Positions 35,081-45,918 of a DNA stretch of 64,000 nucleotides are shown here, one piece after another (position 1 is the stretch's first letter; the number at the start of each line of letters is the position of its first letter). Source of the DNA: a virus; the IMG/VR virus record IMGVR_UViG_3300021956_000014. The stretch is one strand, 5' to 3'. A program made the translations under genes and the position numbers. Under the pieces are notes generated by a model. The model was not told where the DNA came from and did not search any database. It saw only the letters and a program-made list of their open reading frames with translations.

Positions 35081-38000
35081 TTAGTTGAATACGTTAAGTC
35101 GCGGAAACTTCAAATACTTCTCGCCTGTAATCATTAAAGGATCAATTCTTTCCCATTTTCCAGTCTGGAACACCAGAGATCCTGGCACATTTGTAGTGGC
35201 TCTGTAATATTGATTCTGATATTTTACCTTACTGCTTACTGGGTAATAGGTATTAACAGCCCAGCTGGCTATAACGTCAGTATCGATGTCAAGCGGTCTG
35301 TCTCTGTTGTCAAAGAACTTAGTTCCGTTGCCGTCAAAGCTAGTGCGGCCACCATCGGCTCCGTTATAAGTAATGACGTTTGGTACTTTATTAAAGTCTG
35401 GAACTGTGTGCCCAGTTTCTATACTATGGCTGTACTGAACAAAACTTTGACCGTGGCTTCTGCCATCCAGTACTTTCACTACAGATCCTTGGCTTAGTTC
35501 TTTTACAAATTGCAATCTAATAGTTGAAGTGTCTTCATTAATTTGTACTTCCCATATCCCGGCTCGCTGATTCTCAATGTAATAACCCATTAAATCCCCA
35601 ACACGAATGCTGGTGGTAAAATCTGGGTCATAGTTTTCTAGTGTAATTACATTGTCAACAATGTTAGCAATTCTAGTGCCAGTGGCAATGCCATATCCTG
35701 AAACAGCATTTTCGATTAGTGCTAGTTTGTCTCCTATAGCTGGCGGGAACGATGCAGAATCAACAGTTATAGTATTGCCATCAACTGCGGTAACAATTAA
35801 ATATGATTCAACTTTGATTGTGGCCCCCACAGCCGCAGTTCCAACAGTTGTTTTGTTTAACGTCAATTTCCAGCTTAATGTACCTGTGCTGTTGTCGGCA
35901 ACTTGATTTGTAATTACAGTATTGTCATCAACAAAGCTACTGGCTTTGATCATTTTGCCAACATAGTTTACACTAACAATATAAGGAACGTATAGGTATT
36001 GGTCACCAACTGTCACGGCTCCTGTTAAACCAGGCTCTTGTGTCTTGGCGGCTTTTTCTGTATAACCCGGTATGATATAAGAACTGTCAAAGCCAGCAGA
36101 GTCATAGTATGCTGTGTCAACTGAATCGGTTGCGTCTGAATAGTTACCTACAAATAGATCTCTGTAATAAATCCAACCATCGTTTGGAAAATTAGTAGTA
36201 AAGTTTTCTTGTTTGGCAAATATTATTCGGTCGCCGGTTCTGAAAGAAGTAACGCCATCAATGCCACCGCGATCGTTTACATAGGTAACAAGTTGGTTGT
36301 TAATGCTGGCAAATGTTTGCTCAGCCGCGTAGTTCACAACATCAAAGGATGTTGAATCTACTAGACTTAAATAGTCAAATGTTGTTTGTCTACTAGAGGC
36401 AAACTCGTCGGCAGTGATATTAAAGTTTTCGCTGAGTACGTTATCTAATAAGTAACGGTCGGCAGTGAAGTTAAAGGAATCTAAAGATATTCCTTTGTTT
36501 TGTATACGCCAAGCAATCTTCTTAGCCTGACCGGGTTTGGTATAGGCCAGTACCACAGCACGTTTAAATCCCAATACTGTTTTATCTTCCTGTACGCTAG
36601 TCATCCAATCAGGAATAACACCCTGTGCGCTGTAACCTAAATTTTGACTGATACGAGTTTCCATATTGTCAAATGTATTTGGGTTTAAGATATAATGTTC
36701 TTGCCCGGTGGTGTCATAGTATGGATTCTTTATGGTGTTTATACCTGAGTACAAGTTGGTCTCAATGGCCACGTCGGCATTGTCTGGGTTAAACGGATCT
36801 ACTATATCAGCATAAACTACTTCATACTTAACAGCATAGTTGTTGTTGGGGTCTGTAGCAATGGCTGTTTTAATTTCCGAAAACTTGATTGTTTTATTTT
36901 GGAAATTCTTTTGCATGGCGGCCATATAGTCAGATAGACTGCTTGGAGCTACGCCGGGCACCGCTAAGAATTTTATCTCTTTAGCTTTGCCAAAGTTTGG
37001 GTCATCAAGTCTGTAAATCAAATCGTCTGGGAACAAGCCACCATCGGTTGGATCTTTGAGTATATCGTTAAACAATCTACGTTGCTCTATAGTAGTCAAT
37101 GCCTTCATGTATAAGTTTTCATAAGGCACTTCATACAAATTGCTGACTTTGATAGTAAAGGTTTTTTCGTCAGATACTGTTTGATCTATAGATTCTGCTT
37201 GTACAGTAAATGTGTAGATAGTGTCGAAGTTTGTTCTACTACCATCAATGGTAGTTGCACCAGTATCCAATTGGAAATGTCTAAATGACGCACGACCCAC
37301 AATGTGACCAGACGGCAACAATTCTAGTCCTTGCGGTAAACTAACTTCTATCGGGGTGTTGTATCCTTCGTCAGTTAGTGCTGATCCGTCCTCTGCTGTA
37401 CCATGTACAATTTTGTAGATCATCTTCTTACCGGGCGTGGTCTCGTCGTCTACATATAGGGTGCTGTGGGCATTAATAGTTAATTCGCTAACTGAACCAT
37501 TGACAATAGTTCCAACTAAACTGTCAGTGTCCCAGACAATCTTGTTATTAACGTCACCAAGCACAGTCAACTGGTATTGCACTGGAGTACTGGTTAAAGT
37601 GCCATCAAATGTTATATTTCCTGCAGGAGTACTTGATGCGGTATCGGAAATTTCTAATGTGTTATTGGCACTAAAAACACGCAAGACCTGCTGACTATTT
37701 GTAAACACATTAGACTGTACATACATGCCAGCTCTAATTCCAGCTGTGCTGTTGACAATTAAATTTGTGTTGCTGTAACCTCCAGCAACATACGTGGCTG
37801 TAACAATGCTGGTGCCCGGAGTATTATTTGCGGCTGTTATATAAAATGTGTAGGTTTGTTTGTAGTCGCTTTGATTACCGATGTGCCCAGACAGCCACCC
37901 TGTGTTTGAGTTGAGTGTTAAACCAGGAATTAAGTTAGCAATATTTGTATTTCCGCTGATGTCGGGACTAGACCAATACAGCGGGCTAGTATTATAATAA

Positions 38001-38947
38001 TCAACGGCGCTGAATTTAAAAGCAAAATTACTGTTTTCGCGAACGTCGGGCAAACTAGTAATAGCCGTAGTTATAATAGGAACATACAGTTGATCGGCGT
38101 CGGTTGTAATAACGTCGTCATCAACAGTATTAAGATCGTTATCCGTAGTCCACGAACCTTTAGAAACAACTTTAATTGTGTATATTTGTGTGTCATATTT
38201 GGCACCATCAAATACCTGTACTGTAAAAGTATAATTCTTGTTAGTAGATAGGGATACGCTGTAATCGTATGGTAGTTCTTCATACAACTGTGTACTACCA
38301 AACGGTGTTTGTGTTTCTAATCTATACGGTTGTGCGTTACCAGTAAAGTACTGGTTGTCGGGCACAGTAACATTGGCTGTTGGCGAAAACAGTATTTGAA
38401 TCTGTGATGGTTTACCTTCGTATCCAAGTCTGTCGCTGGTTGTAACAGATTCTGCTTGACCAACAAATCCTACTAGTCGGCCATCGGTGGTCAATTCAAT
38501 TCCTGGTGGAAGTTCTCCGTCTTTGATGGTCCATGTTAACACAGCAGATGGGTTGGCTTCAATGGCATCCAATGCTATATCAATCTGTGTGCCATCAAAG
38601 AACTCACCCAGTAGTGTTTCTTCTGGGACAATAACCGGTGGTTGTATGTTGCTGACTGTAAAACTAAATGTACGGTCTACTACCACCACAGGTGTTTGGC
38701 AACTGGCTCGTATTGTAAATTTGTATGTACGTGTCTCAGCGTCAGGCTTTGGATCTAATACAACCGGCACGCCTTGTAGTATACCCGATCGCACTACTTG
38801 TAGACCGGGTGGCAATTCGCCTGACAAGAAAGTAAAAGTAACAGGTGTACTGGTTGGGTTATTGACTTCCAATGGTAGTGAATAAAATTCCAACTCAGGA
38901 AATGTCCCTAGGTTACCTCCGGGAGTGATCCATACTGGTCTTGACAT
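35081..38947 (-). CDS. large structural protein with repeated Ig-like domains (fibre/baseplate/adhesin)
   Basis: 1288 aa; recurring LPPGL/LPPGIEL ...G.I.G.P Ig-like (He_PIG-type) repeats at N-terminus; Thr/Asn/Val-rich. Confidence 0.55.
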   Translation of the reverse strand: MSRPVWITPGGNLGTFPELEFYSLPLEVNNPTSTPVTFTFLSGELPPGLQVVRSGILQGVPVVLDPKPDAETRTYKFTIRASCQTPVVVVDRTFSFTVSNIQPPVIVPEETLLGEFFDGTQIDIALDAIEANPSAVLTWTIKDGELPPGIELTTDGRLVGFVGQAESVTTSDRLGYEGKPSQIQILFSPTANVTVPDNQYFTGNAQPYRLETQTPFGSTQLYEELPYDYSVSLSTNKNYTFTVQVFDGAKYDTQIYTIKVVSKGSWTTDNDLNTVDDDVITTDADQLYVPIITTAITSLPDVRENSNFAFKFSAVDYYNTSPLYWSSPDISGNTNIANLIPGLTLNSNTGWLSGHIGNQSDYKQTYTFYITAANNTPGTSIVTATYVAGGYSNTNLIVNSTAGIRAGMYVQSNVFTNSQQVLRVFSANNTLEISDTASSTPAGNITFDGTLTSTPVQYQLTVLGDVNNKIVWDTDSLVGTIVNGSVSELTINAHSTLYVDDETTPGKKMIYKIVHGTAEDGSALTDEGYNTPIEVSLPQGLELLPSGHIVGRASFRHFQLDTGATTIDGSRTNFDTIYTFTVQAESIDQTVSDEKTFTIKVSNLYEVPYENLYMKALTTIEQRRLFNDILKDPTDGGLFPDDLIYRLDDPNFGKAKEIKFLAVPGVAPSSLSDYMAAMQKNFQNKTIKFSEIKTAIATDPNNNYAVKYEVVYADIVDPFNPDNADVAIETNLYSGINTIKNPYYDTTGQEHYILNPNTFDNMETRISQNLGYSAQGVIPDWMTSVQEDKTVLGFKRAVVLAYTKPGQAKKIAWRIQNKGISLDSFNFTADRYLLDNVLSENFNITADEFASSRQTTFDYLSLVDSTSFDVVNYAAEQTFASINNQLVTYVNDRGGIDGVTSFRTGDRIIFAKQENFTTNFPNDGWIYYRDLFVGNYSDATDSVDTAYYDSAGFDSSYIIPGYTEKAAKTQEPGLTGAVTVGDQYLYVPYIVSVNYVGKMIKASSFVDDNTVITNQVADNSTGTLSWKLTLNKTTVGTAAVGATIKVESYLIVTAVDGNTITVDSASFPPAIGDKLALIENAVSGYGIATGTRIANIVDNVITLENYDPDFTTSIRVGDLMGYYIENQRAGIWEVQINEDTSTIRLQFVKELSQGSVVKVLDGRSHGQSFVQYSHSIETGHTVPDFNKVPNVITYNGADGGRTSFDGNGTKFFDNRDRPLDIDTDVIASWAVNTYYPVSSKVKYQNQYYRATTNVPGSLVFQTGKWERIDPLMITGEKYLKFPRLNVFN

Positions 38948-38950
38948 ACG

Positions 38951-40489
38951 TTATACTCTGCCTACAACAATTTCTATTACGCCAACTTCACTGCTATTAT
39001 AGTTTTGCAAGGCTTTACCTATAACAGTACCGATGTGTGGGCCAAAAGGTGGCATACAAGAGGTTGCTACACCCGCGATATCACTGGTGATCATCATGTC
39101 TCCTCGGCGTATCAATCCAACCACCTTACATGGCACACGACCTTGTAGTGCAATGGCTACGCCTTCGGCTTCACTGTTCATTAAGTAAGCAGGATTAGTA
39201 GTTACAACCCCGGCTACACGGTTGTCTTCTCGTCTGGAACTGATGGTAACTTCTGTGTCTGTGCCGAATATTAAAACTGTGCCAGGCTCGTAGTTGGCAT
39301 CTGATTCATAAACCTCAGCCAAGTCGGCGTATTTGGCTGTGGTACTGGTACCATAGAAATTAACACCGTAAATATTGGCAAAATATGCAGTAGTAGATCC
39401 AATGTTTACTGCGGCATTAGAGTTTGGCAATATAGCACTGGCCTGTACAGTCCCACCATAAGTTGGTAAGTAAGCCGCCACGTTGGAGTTTCCGTATGTG
39501 GTAGGTATAGATAATGTTGTTGCATAATTGGTACCGTTGGCCCAGAAAAGTCCACTGGTGGTAACTAAATTACCAGAGCTGGTTACGTTGCTGGCCAATA
39601 GTGTTGTAAACACACCCGAGCCTGGAGTGACATTACCGATTGCTGTAGATTGAATTCCGCCTGCTGTAAGTGTAGTGAAGGTTGCCGCACCGGTGTGTGT
39701 GCTAGTACCAGTTACACTAAATGTTCCGCTGGCTGATATGTTGGTAAACGCACCTGTACCCGGAGTAACATTACCGATTGCTGTAGCTTGTAAACTAGCA
39801 CCTGTGATGGTATTTAAAGTACTGGCTCCAGCAACGGCTAAACTAGGTAGTGTTCCTAGTGTTAAGTTTGTTGCTGTTAAATTTGTAAATTGTGCTGTAT
39901 TAGCAGTGATAGTTCCAGAAACTGCAACATTGCCTGCGGCCGCATTGCCGATTAAGTTTGTAGCCCCAGCAACAGTTAGCGATGCAACAGTTGTAGCACC
40001 CGATGCACTTAAAGTTCCAACACTAGCATTGCCTGATGAAAATACACCACCAACTGATAAGTTGCCGGCAATGCTGTTGACAGTACCACCGACGTTGATA
40101 TTACCACGGATACCTACACCGCCATATGCCTGTAGCATACCAGTTGTTGTGCTGGTGCTGACGTCGGTGTTAGAGAAAATACCATACAAGCTAACATTAC
40201 CGCCGTTCCAACTACCCGAACTTGATGTTAAAACTTCAGAACCGCGAGAGAAAACAATACCGCCATAGACGTTTAATCCGTAAACTGCCCCGGAATTCGC
40301 GCTGATGTCACCAGATGCACTTATGTTGGTAACCGGATAAGCCTCGGCCTGTGCGGCTGTGCCATTTAGCTGATTGTTAAGTTTGTTGGTGTTTGAGTTA
40401 ACAATGGTAAAAGCATCTCTGATGGTTGAACCATCACCAGAGTTGGCTGTACTACCGGTGTTTACACTATCTAAATGAACAGTTGTCAT
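38951..40489 (-). CDS. tail fibre protein
   Basis: 512 aa; N-terminal NTGSTANSGDGSTIRDAFTIVNSN motif shared with the 42138..45527 fibre; Ala/Thr/Gly beta-helix-like repeats; distinct C-terminal globular domain. Confidence 0.6.
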   Translation of the reverse strand: MTTVHLDSVNTGSTANSGDGSTIRDAFTIVNSNTNKLNNQLNGTAAQAEAYPVTNISASGDISANSGAVYGLNVYGGIVFSRGSEVLTSSSGSWNGGNVSLYGIFSNTDVSTSTTTGMLQAYGGVGIRGNINVGGTVNSIAGNLSVGGVFSSGNASVGTLSASGATTVASLTVAGATNLIGNAAAGNVAVSGTITANTAQFTNLTATNLTLGTLPSLAVAGASTLNTITGASLQATAIGNVTPGTGAFTNISASGTFSVTGTSTHTGAATFTTLTAGGIQSTAIGNVTPGSGVFTTLLASNVTSSGNLVTTSGLFWANGTNYATTLSIPTTYGNSNVAAYLPTYGGTVQASAILPNSNAAVNIGSTTAYFANIYGVNFYGTSTTAKYADLAEVYESDANYEPGTVLIFGTDTEVTISSRREDNRVAGVVTTNPAYLMNSEAEGVAIALQGRVPCKVVGLIRRGDMMITSDIAGVATSCMPPFGPHIGTVIGKALQNYNSSEVGVIEIVVGRV

Positions 40490-40577
40490 AGAGCGAAAAT
40501 TCCATTATTATATGTTATTTATCGCTCTGGGAAAGTATGCTGTGTTTGGGTTATGTGCGTATATTATTGATAGACAA

Positions 40578-41318
40578 TTATATCAATCGCTCAATACAGA
40601 TAAAGTTCTTTGTATAACCGGGTCCAATCATCAGTGTGACTCTGTAGAAACGCTGATTTGTAGTATCATTAACTAGATATGTTGAACCGTCGCCTGCGTT
40701 AGGGAAACTCCAACCAAACCACGATCCACTTGGGGTTGTTGTGTAAGTAACAGGTGCGGTAGTTGCCGAGCCACCAACACCGTTGACATATCCAAATGTT
40801 CCAGAGATACTAAGAGCCGCTGTGCCGCTAACTGTAGCACAGCTCAAGCCTCTTTGCCCTCCTGTTGTTACAGTAAACTTGAGATTATCTAGTGTTACAA
40901 ACTGTCCAGCATCTACGTACCCTGAGGCTTTCCATACCAATTCGCCAGCAACACCAGTGGGCGCCTTACTTAAATCAATGTGAACACCTCGAGCAGATCC
41001 GCCTTGTTCAAAGATACGCAGACGATTTTGATAGGCATCAATGGTAATGCCACCATTTAAAGTACCGTTAGGTGGTTTTGCTAATTGTATTTCACCACCT
41101 TCATCGCCCGAAGCATTGGTTGAAACCAAGTAAGGTCCGGAAGCATTACCGTCTTTTCCTGCTGGACCTGGCTCTCCAGGATCACCTTTGATGCCAATGC
41201 CCTTTTCGCCTTGTGGACCGGGAATGCCTCGTACATTGCCTGCGTCGATTACTGTACCCTCGTCTGTTACAAATATAAGGTGTCCATTGTCGTTTAATGT
41301 TGCGTTGATAATAGCCAT
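40578..41318 (-). CDS. collagen-like repeat fibre protein
   Basis: 246 aa; GIPGPQGEKGIGIKGDPGEPGPAGKDG = nine G-X-Y triplets. Confidence 0.6.
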   Translation of the reverse strand: MAIINATLNDNGHLIFVTDEGTVIDAGNVRGIPGPQGEKGIGIKGDPGEPGPAGKDGNASGPYLVSTNASGDEGGEIQLAKPPNGTLNGGITIDAYQNRLRIFEQGGSARGVHIDLSKAPTGVAGELVWKASGYVDAGQFVTLDNLKFTVTTGGQRGLSCATVSGTAALSISGTFGYVNGVGGSATTAPVTYTTTPSGSWFGWSFPNAGDGSTYLVNDTTNQRFYRVTLMIGPGYTKNFICIERLI

Positions 41319-41319
41319 G

Positions 41320-42168
41320 TTATGTTAATCCTAATCTCCATTTTGTATTCAAATACTGCTCAACAGCCGTTTGCTCCGACGGAGTTAATGCTCGAGTCCA
41401 GATCATAATTTCGCCAATGTAACCATCCATGTACTGCCCAGTAAATGTTGGATTAACTGCCGAACCTCTATTGTCGCCACCAAAGAACCAATAGCTTGGT
41501 GTGCCGGTGGTTGTACCAACTGTGCCAGTAAACGTCAATGCTTTTTCGTACAAGTCGTAGATAAATGTCAATTTACCTGCGTTGGTGCTTTGTGTGCCAT
41601 CGTATACTAGACCGTATATATGGAACTTGCTAGTATCGTCTGTGAGTGATACGGTACCGTAATTGCTAACCGAATGTCCAACGGTCCAATTTGATCCATT
41701 CCACCAAATGCCAAAGTTAGTATCTGTAACCACCAAGGGAAACAAAGTACCGGGCAAGCTAGTAGGACGAGCAACAATATAAACTGTAAGTCCCGACAAG
41801 TTTTGTGACCACGATGTTGGGTTAATGTCGAGATTATTACCACTGGCGCTAGAGTACAATACTGCGCCAAGGCCTTGTTGTACAGGTATAGCATACGTGG
41901 GTTGCTTGCCAGTACCACCGTTGACGTTAGCAGGATGTCCTGCACCGGACAAGTCAGACCATGATGATATGGTAGTACCATTGGTTACTGCCCCGGAAAA
42001 GTTATTGATGCTAACACCGTTGACCACTGTGGCACTTGCAGAAGCATTGTACCACAGATTTAAGCTAGGAACACTCGATGGCCGCACATCGCCGTATTGG
42101 CCAGCGGCACCCATACATGGCATGATAATACCTGACATTATGCTAGTCCCACACCCGACACAAACCAA
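41320..42168 (-). CDS. structural protein (fibre-associated)
   Basis: 282 aa, Thr/Gly/Asn-rich, 31-nt overlap with the upstream fibre gene. Confidence 0.4.
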   Translation of the reverse strand: MVCVGCGTSIMSGIIMPCMGAAGQYGDVRPSSVPSLNLWYNASASATVVNGVSINNFSGAVTNGTTISSWSDLSGAGHPANVNGGTGKQPTYAIPVQQGLGAVLYSSASGNNLDINPTSWSQNLSGLTVYIVARPTSLPGTLFPLVVTDTNFGIWWNGSNWTVGHSVSNYGTVSLTDDTSKFHIYGLVYDGTQSTNAGKLTFIYDLYEKALTFTGTVGTTTGTPSYWFFGGDNRGSAVNPTFTGQYMDGYIGEIMIWTRALTPSEQTAVEQYLNTKWRLGLT

Positions 42169-45100
42169 GTATCTGTTGCTACTTTTTGCATCGTGGCCAT
42201 ACCATAGCTGGCTAACGTTCTAGTACTTGACGTTGAATTACCAGCCATGTACATAGTAACACCCACGCCAGGGGCTATTGTAATTGTGCCTGTGCCTTGA
42301 TTGATAATATTGATTGCCGCCCCGGTACTAAATGCCACAGATGCATTGTTAGCCACAGTCAATGTATAGTTAGTTGCAGATGTTGAGTAGTAGTGTTTGC
42401 CGGCATCACTGAGTGCAATAGTTGTGTTGCCTGTAAACGATATCTGTGGAATATCTCTGTAGCCAATGGCAAATCCATTGGTACTGCCCTGCACGTTACC
42501 GTATAATTGTGTTATACCACTTGCGTTGCCGATATAAGTCCCAATGGTAGCACCACCTGCTAGATAAACTGTAGTAGGTGTTGTATTAACAATATAGGCG
42601 GTTCCGGCACTAGTTCTGAAGTATCCGCCCTGTGCCCATACGTTACCTGTAGCCACAACACTACCAGCGACGTTAACGTTACCGTTAGCGGCACCAATGT
42701 TAACTGTCGTGGCCGCACCAGCAAAGTTTACAGTTGTGGCAGTTGTATTAACTAACGGGAATGTAGATTGGTTGGTAGTGACACCACCGCTGGCATTTAG
42801 TGCCAATGGAACATATGAAGTGAGTGCGGAAGTTGAAATAGACCCATATTGGCTCATTGTTGCTGAGCCATTGGCAGTAGTAGATGCCAGCAAGTTAAAG
42901 TATATTACACCACCTTGCAGAGTGATTTGAGAAACACCACCAGTTCTATATGCAATCGGGCTTCCGGCAGAGTTATAGTTAATGTTATAACTCAACGATG
43001 TAGCAGTACTCAACGGATCTGTTCTTAGCGAAGATACGCTACCTACTTGTAGTGTTGGAGCATTAGATGTATATAAAACAGGAACAGCATTACCAATAAC
43101 AATATTGTTAGATGTCGTTAGGTACGCAGTTACATTAGAATTACTGTATGTTGTACCACTGTTATACGTAGCATTGGCGTAGGTATAAAAACTGCCAATA
43201 TTGGCCTGTAATGTTGTGATGGTTGGATCGGTTGATAAGTAAGCCGCAACGTTGGTGTTGCTATAAGTTCCCGATCCACCTGTTACAGTAGATAGGATGT
43301 TTACACCGTTGGGGAACAAGAAGTTTGGAGAAATTACATTAGCTAATGTAGTAATGTTGCCTGCGGTGTATATACTGCCCGATACACCAATGCCACCTTT
43401 GACTGTTAATGCACCGGTGGCCGCGCTTGTACTATCTGTGGTGGTGGTAACAACAACGTTACCACTAGAATCAAGTTTGACATAAGGCACCGACGAAATT
43501 GCCCCAACAGGAGTCGCTTCTAATATCAGTGCAGTACCTTGTGCTGAATCTGTAAAGTTTTCAGTGGCTACAATGTACATGCCTGGAGCATCGCCTGTTG
43601 CGGTGTAACCAGTAGCACCATAACCTCTAAAGTAAATGGCACCGATTGTGTCGCCTGACTGTACTGCTGTTGGTGTTGCGTTAGTTCCTCTTGCATGACG
43701 ACCAAAGAAACTTGATACACCAGTGCCATACGAATCGGCTAAGAATGTGGCATTGTAGTTTACGCCGGCACTATAGTGTACACCAGCGCGACCAATAATT
43801 GGTGTATCTGTTACACCATAACCCAAAATTGTCAATACACTATCGCCCGACGCAGATACAGAGTTGGCTGTACCCAACACCAAGTTACCGCGAATATTGT
43901 GATAATTTGTTCCCGGTGTGGTACCTGCAATTAAATTACCAACAACAGTTAAGGCCTGTACATTACCTGAATAGGTTGGCAAGTACGAGGCCACATTGGC
44001 ATTGGCATAACTGCTAGTACCAAATGTTGTATTGGCATAAGTGTAGAAACCGCCGATGTTGGCATTAATACTGTTAATTGAGGTCTGTTGAGAAGCCGCA
44101 TTGGCGTTGGCACCGAGTATACTGTTATACAAGCCAGCTACGTTAGCATTGGCCCAAGTATAATAGCTACCAATGTTGGCCTGCAATGTTTGCACTACAG
44201 TATTGGCACCAGTGATCTGACTCAGTTGAGTTGCGGCATTTGCAGTCCATGCAGTAGTAATAGCACTATCTTGTGCATCAACATAGGCCTTCATTGCTGT
44301 GTTGGCTGTAACAATAGCCGCATTAGCACCAGCAATCTGGTTTGCTTGTGCGCCAGCATTTGCAGTCCATGCAGTAGTAATAGCACTATCTTGTGCATCA
44401 ACATAGGCCTTCATTGCTGTGTTGGCTGTAACAATGGCAGTATTAGCTCCTGTTACGTTTGCGTTAATAGCATCTATAGTAACACTGGTGATGGCACCAA
44501 CTTGCAACGGGTCATATACAGCATTAGTGAAATCTATAGTATTACCGGGTTCAGGAGCAATGTTGCTAAACAATTTCCATTGTCCAGTGGTGGCTTGACG
44601 TACTAAACCAGTATGCTGATATGTGCCATTGTTAAAATGTCCAGCAAAACCAATGTCTAAACTGTTGGCTGGATTGGCATTGGCAACATAAATGATGTTG
44701 TCGTTAATTACCAACGTATTAGCACTGACTGTAGTTGTTGTACCATTAACAATCAAGTTGCCACCAACTGTTAGGTTACCGCTGGTAGTTAAACTGCCAA
44801 TTGTGCTAGTAGACAAATAAGTGTTAACATTGGTGTTGGAGTATACTTGTCCTTGTAGGGTGGTTATTAAGCCTTGCTGAGTTGCCGCGTTAGCTGTCCA
44901 TGCAGTAGTTACCGCATCAACGTAGCCTTTCATTGCTGTGTTGGCTGTAACAATGGCCGCATTGGCGCCAGCAATAGCATCAGCCTGCACACCAGCATTA
45001 CTTTGTAGTGTATCAATTAAGCCTTGCTGAGTTGCCGCGTTAGCTGTCCATGCTGTAGTAATAGCACTATCTTGTGCATCAACATAGCTCTTCATTGCTG

Positions 45101-45527
45101 TGTTAGCACTGATAATCTGATCAGACTGTGTGGCCGCATTAGCTGTCCAGGCCGCAGTAACGGCCGCATCTTGGCTATCTACATAAACTTGACTAGCACC
45201 ACTTGTTGATGCAAATTTTGTGTCAACATAAGTGGTTGTTGCATAACTAGAGTCGTTAGTGAATAAGCTAATATTCGATCCAGTTATGGCCGCATCAACT
45301 AAAGAATCTAATTCGCCCGAACTTACTGCACCGGTAATGTCGTCTACAGTCAGTACAATATTTCCGGTACGACCAGCTACTGCGGTAACGGGTGCGTTAA
45401 CTGTAATATCTACTTCCCCTGTGGAGATTTTGTAGAAGTTTTGATTAATTTTGTTAAATGCCGTGCGTAGCGGATCACCTGCGTGATCTCCGGCTCTGTT
45501 GCCAATGTTTACATTACTAAAGCTCAT
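42138..45527 (-). CDS. giant tail fibre with tandem internal repeats
   Basis: 1129 aa; N-terminal NIGNRAGDHAGDPLRTAFNKINQNF motif; at least four copies of TANTAMKAYVDAQDSAITTAWTANA. Confidence 0.65.
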   Translation of the reverse strand: MSFSNVNIGNRAGDHAGDPLRTAFNKINQNFYKISTGEVDITVNAPVTAVAGRTGNIVLTVDDITGAVSSGELDSLVDAAITGSNISLFTNDSSYATTTYVDTKFASTSGASQVYVDSQDAAVTAAWTANAATQSDQIISANTAMKSYVDAQDSAITTAWTANAATQQGLIDTLQSNAGVQADAIAGANAAIVTANTAMKGYVDAVTTAWTANAATQQGLITTLQGQVYSNTNVNTYLSTSTIGSLTTSGNLTVGGNLIVNGTTTTVSANTLVINDNIIYVANANPANSLDIGFAGHFNNGTYQHTGLVRQATTGQWKLFSNIAPEPGNTIDFTNAVYDPLQVGAITSVTIDAINANVTGANTAIVTANTAMKAYVDAQDSAITTAWTANAGAQANQIAGANAAIVTANTAMKAYVDAQDSAITTAWTANAATQLSQITGANTVVQTLQANIGSYYTWANANVAGLYNSILGANANAASQQTSINSINANIGGFYTYANTTFGTSSYANANVASYLPTYSGNVQALTVVGNLIAGTTPGTNYHNIRGNLVLGTANSVSASGDSVLTILGYGVTDTPIIGRAGVHYSAGVNYNATFLADSYGTGVSSFFGRHARGTNATPTAVQSGDTIGAIYFRGYGATGYTATGDAPGMYIVATENFTDSAQGTALILEATPVGAISSVPYVKLDSSGNVVVTTTTDSTSAATGALTVKGGIGVSGSIYTAGNITTLANVISPNFLFPNGVNILSTVTGGSGTYSNTNVAAYLSTDPTITTLQANIGSFYTYANATYNSGTTYSNSNVTAYLTTSNNIVIGNAVPVLYTSNAPTLQVGSVSSLRTDPLSTATSLSYNINYNSAGSPIAYRTGGVSQITLQGGVIYFNLLASTTANGSATMSQYGSISTSALTSYVPLALNASGGVTTNQSTFPLVNTTATTVNFAGAATTVNIGAANGNVNVAGSVVATGNVWAQGGYFRTSAGTAYIVNTTPTTVYLAGGATIGTYIGNASGITQLYGNVQGSTNGFAIGYRDIPQISFTGNTTIALSDAGKHYYSTSATNYTLTVANNASVAFSTGAAINIINQGTGTITIAPGVGVTMYMAGNSTSSTRTLASYGMATMQKVATDTWFVSGVGLA
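44237..44436 (-). repeat. tandem coding repeat (80-nt identical core, 120-nt period) inside the giant fibre gene
   Basis: Identical 80-mer at 44237-44316 and 44357-44436; diverged copies near 44880-44950 and 45030-45110. Confidence 0.8.
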
Positions 45528-45591
45528 GTGAGGTGACCTATCGTTTATGCTGTATTTAGCAAAAACGGGTAGGTTACTCTACTGGGCTTAT

Positions 45592-45918
45592 TTAGGCAGG
45601 GCTAAAACTGCTTCCGCAACCACAAGTTGTTTGTGCGTTGGGATTTTCAATTGAAAAACTAGACCCCATGAGGTCTTCTTTGTAGTTGATTTTGGCTCCC
45701 TGCAGGTATTGACTGCTCATTGAGTCTACCAGCAGGTGTACGCCATCGAGTTCTAGATCAAAATCATCTTCGTTGACCATTTCGTCAAACGTAAATCCAT
45801 ATTGCATACCCGAACACCCACCCCCTTGCACAAATATGCGTAGTTTAATATTGGGGTTGTTTTCTTCGGCAATTAAATCGCGTACCTTGTCTGCGGCCGC
45901 TTCGCTTAGTGTAATCAT
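45592..45918 (-). CDS. iscA: A-type Fe-S cluster carrier (IscA/ErpA/HesB family)
   Basis: 108 aa; aligns with E. coli IscA: GGGCSG ... C-terminal TCGCGSSF (the three conserved Cys). Confidence 0.85.
   Translation of the reverse strand: MITLSEAAADKVRDLIAEENNPNIKLRIFVQGGGCSGMQYGFTFDEMVNEDDFDLELDGVHLLVDSMSSQYLQGAKINYKEDLMGSSFSIENPNAQTTCGCGSSFSPA

Noticed and set aside
38951-40489. C-terminal domain of the 512-aa fibre as a peptidase S74 intramolecular chaperone
   Set aside because: By-eye comparison with the S74 pattern did not convincingly align; left as an unspecified C-terminal globular domain.
44200-45110. Tandem repeats that might be mistaken for a CRISPR array or satellite
   Set aside because: The repeats are in-frame within a 1129-aa fibre ORF and encode repeated peptide units, with no spacer/repeat alternation of CRISPR type.
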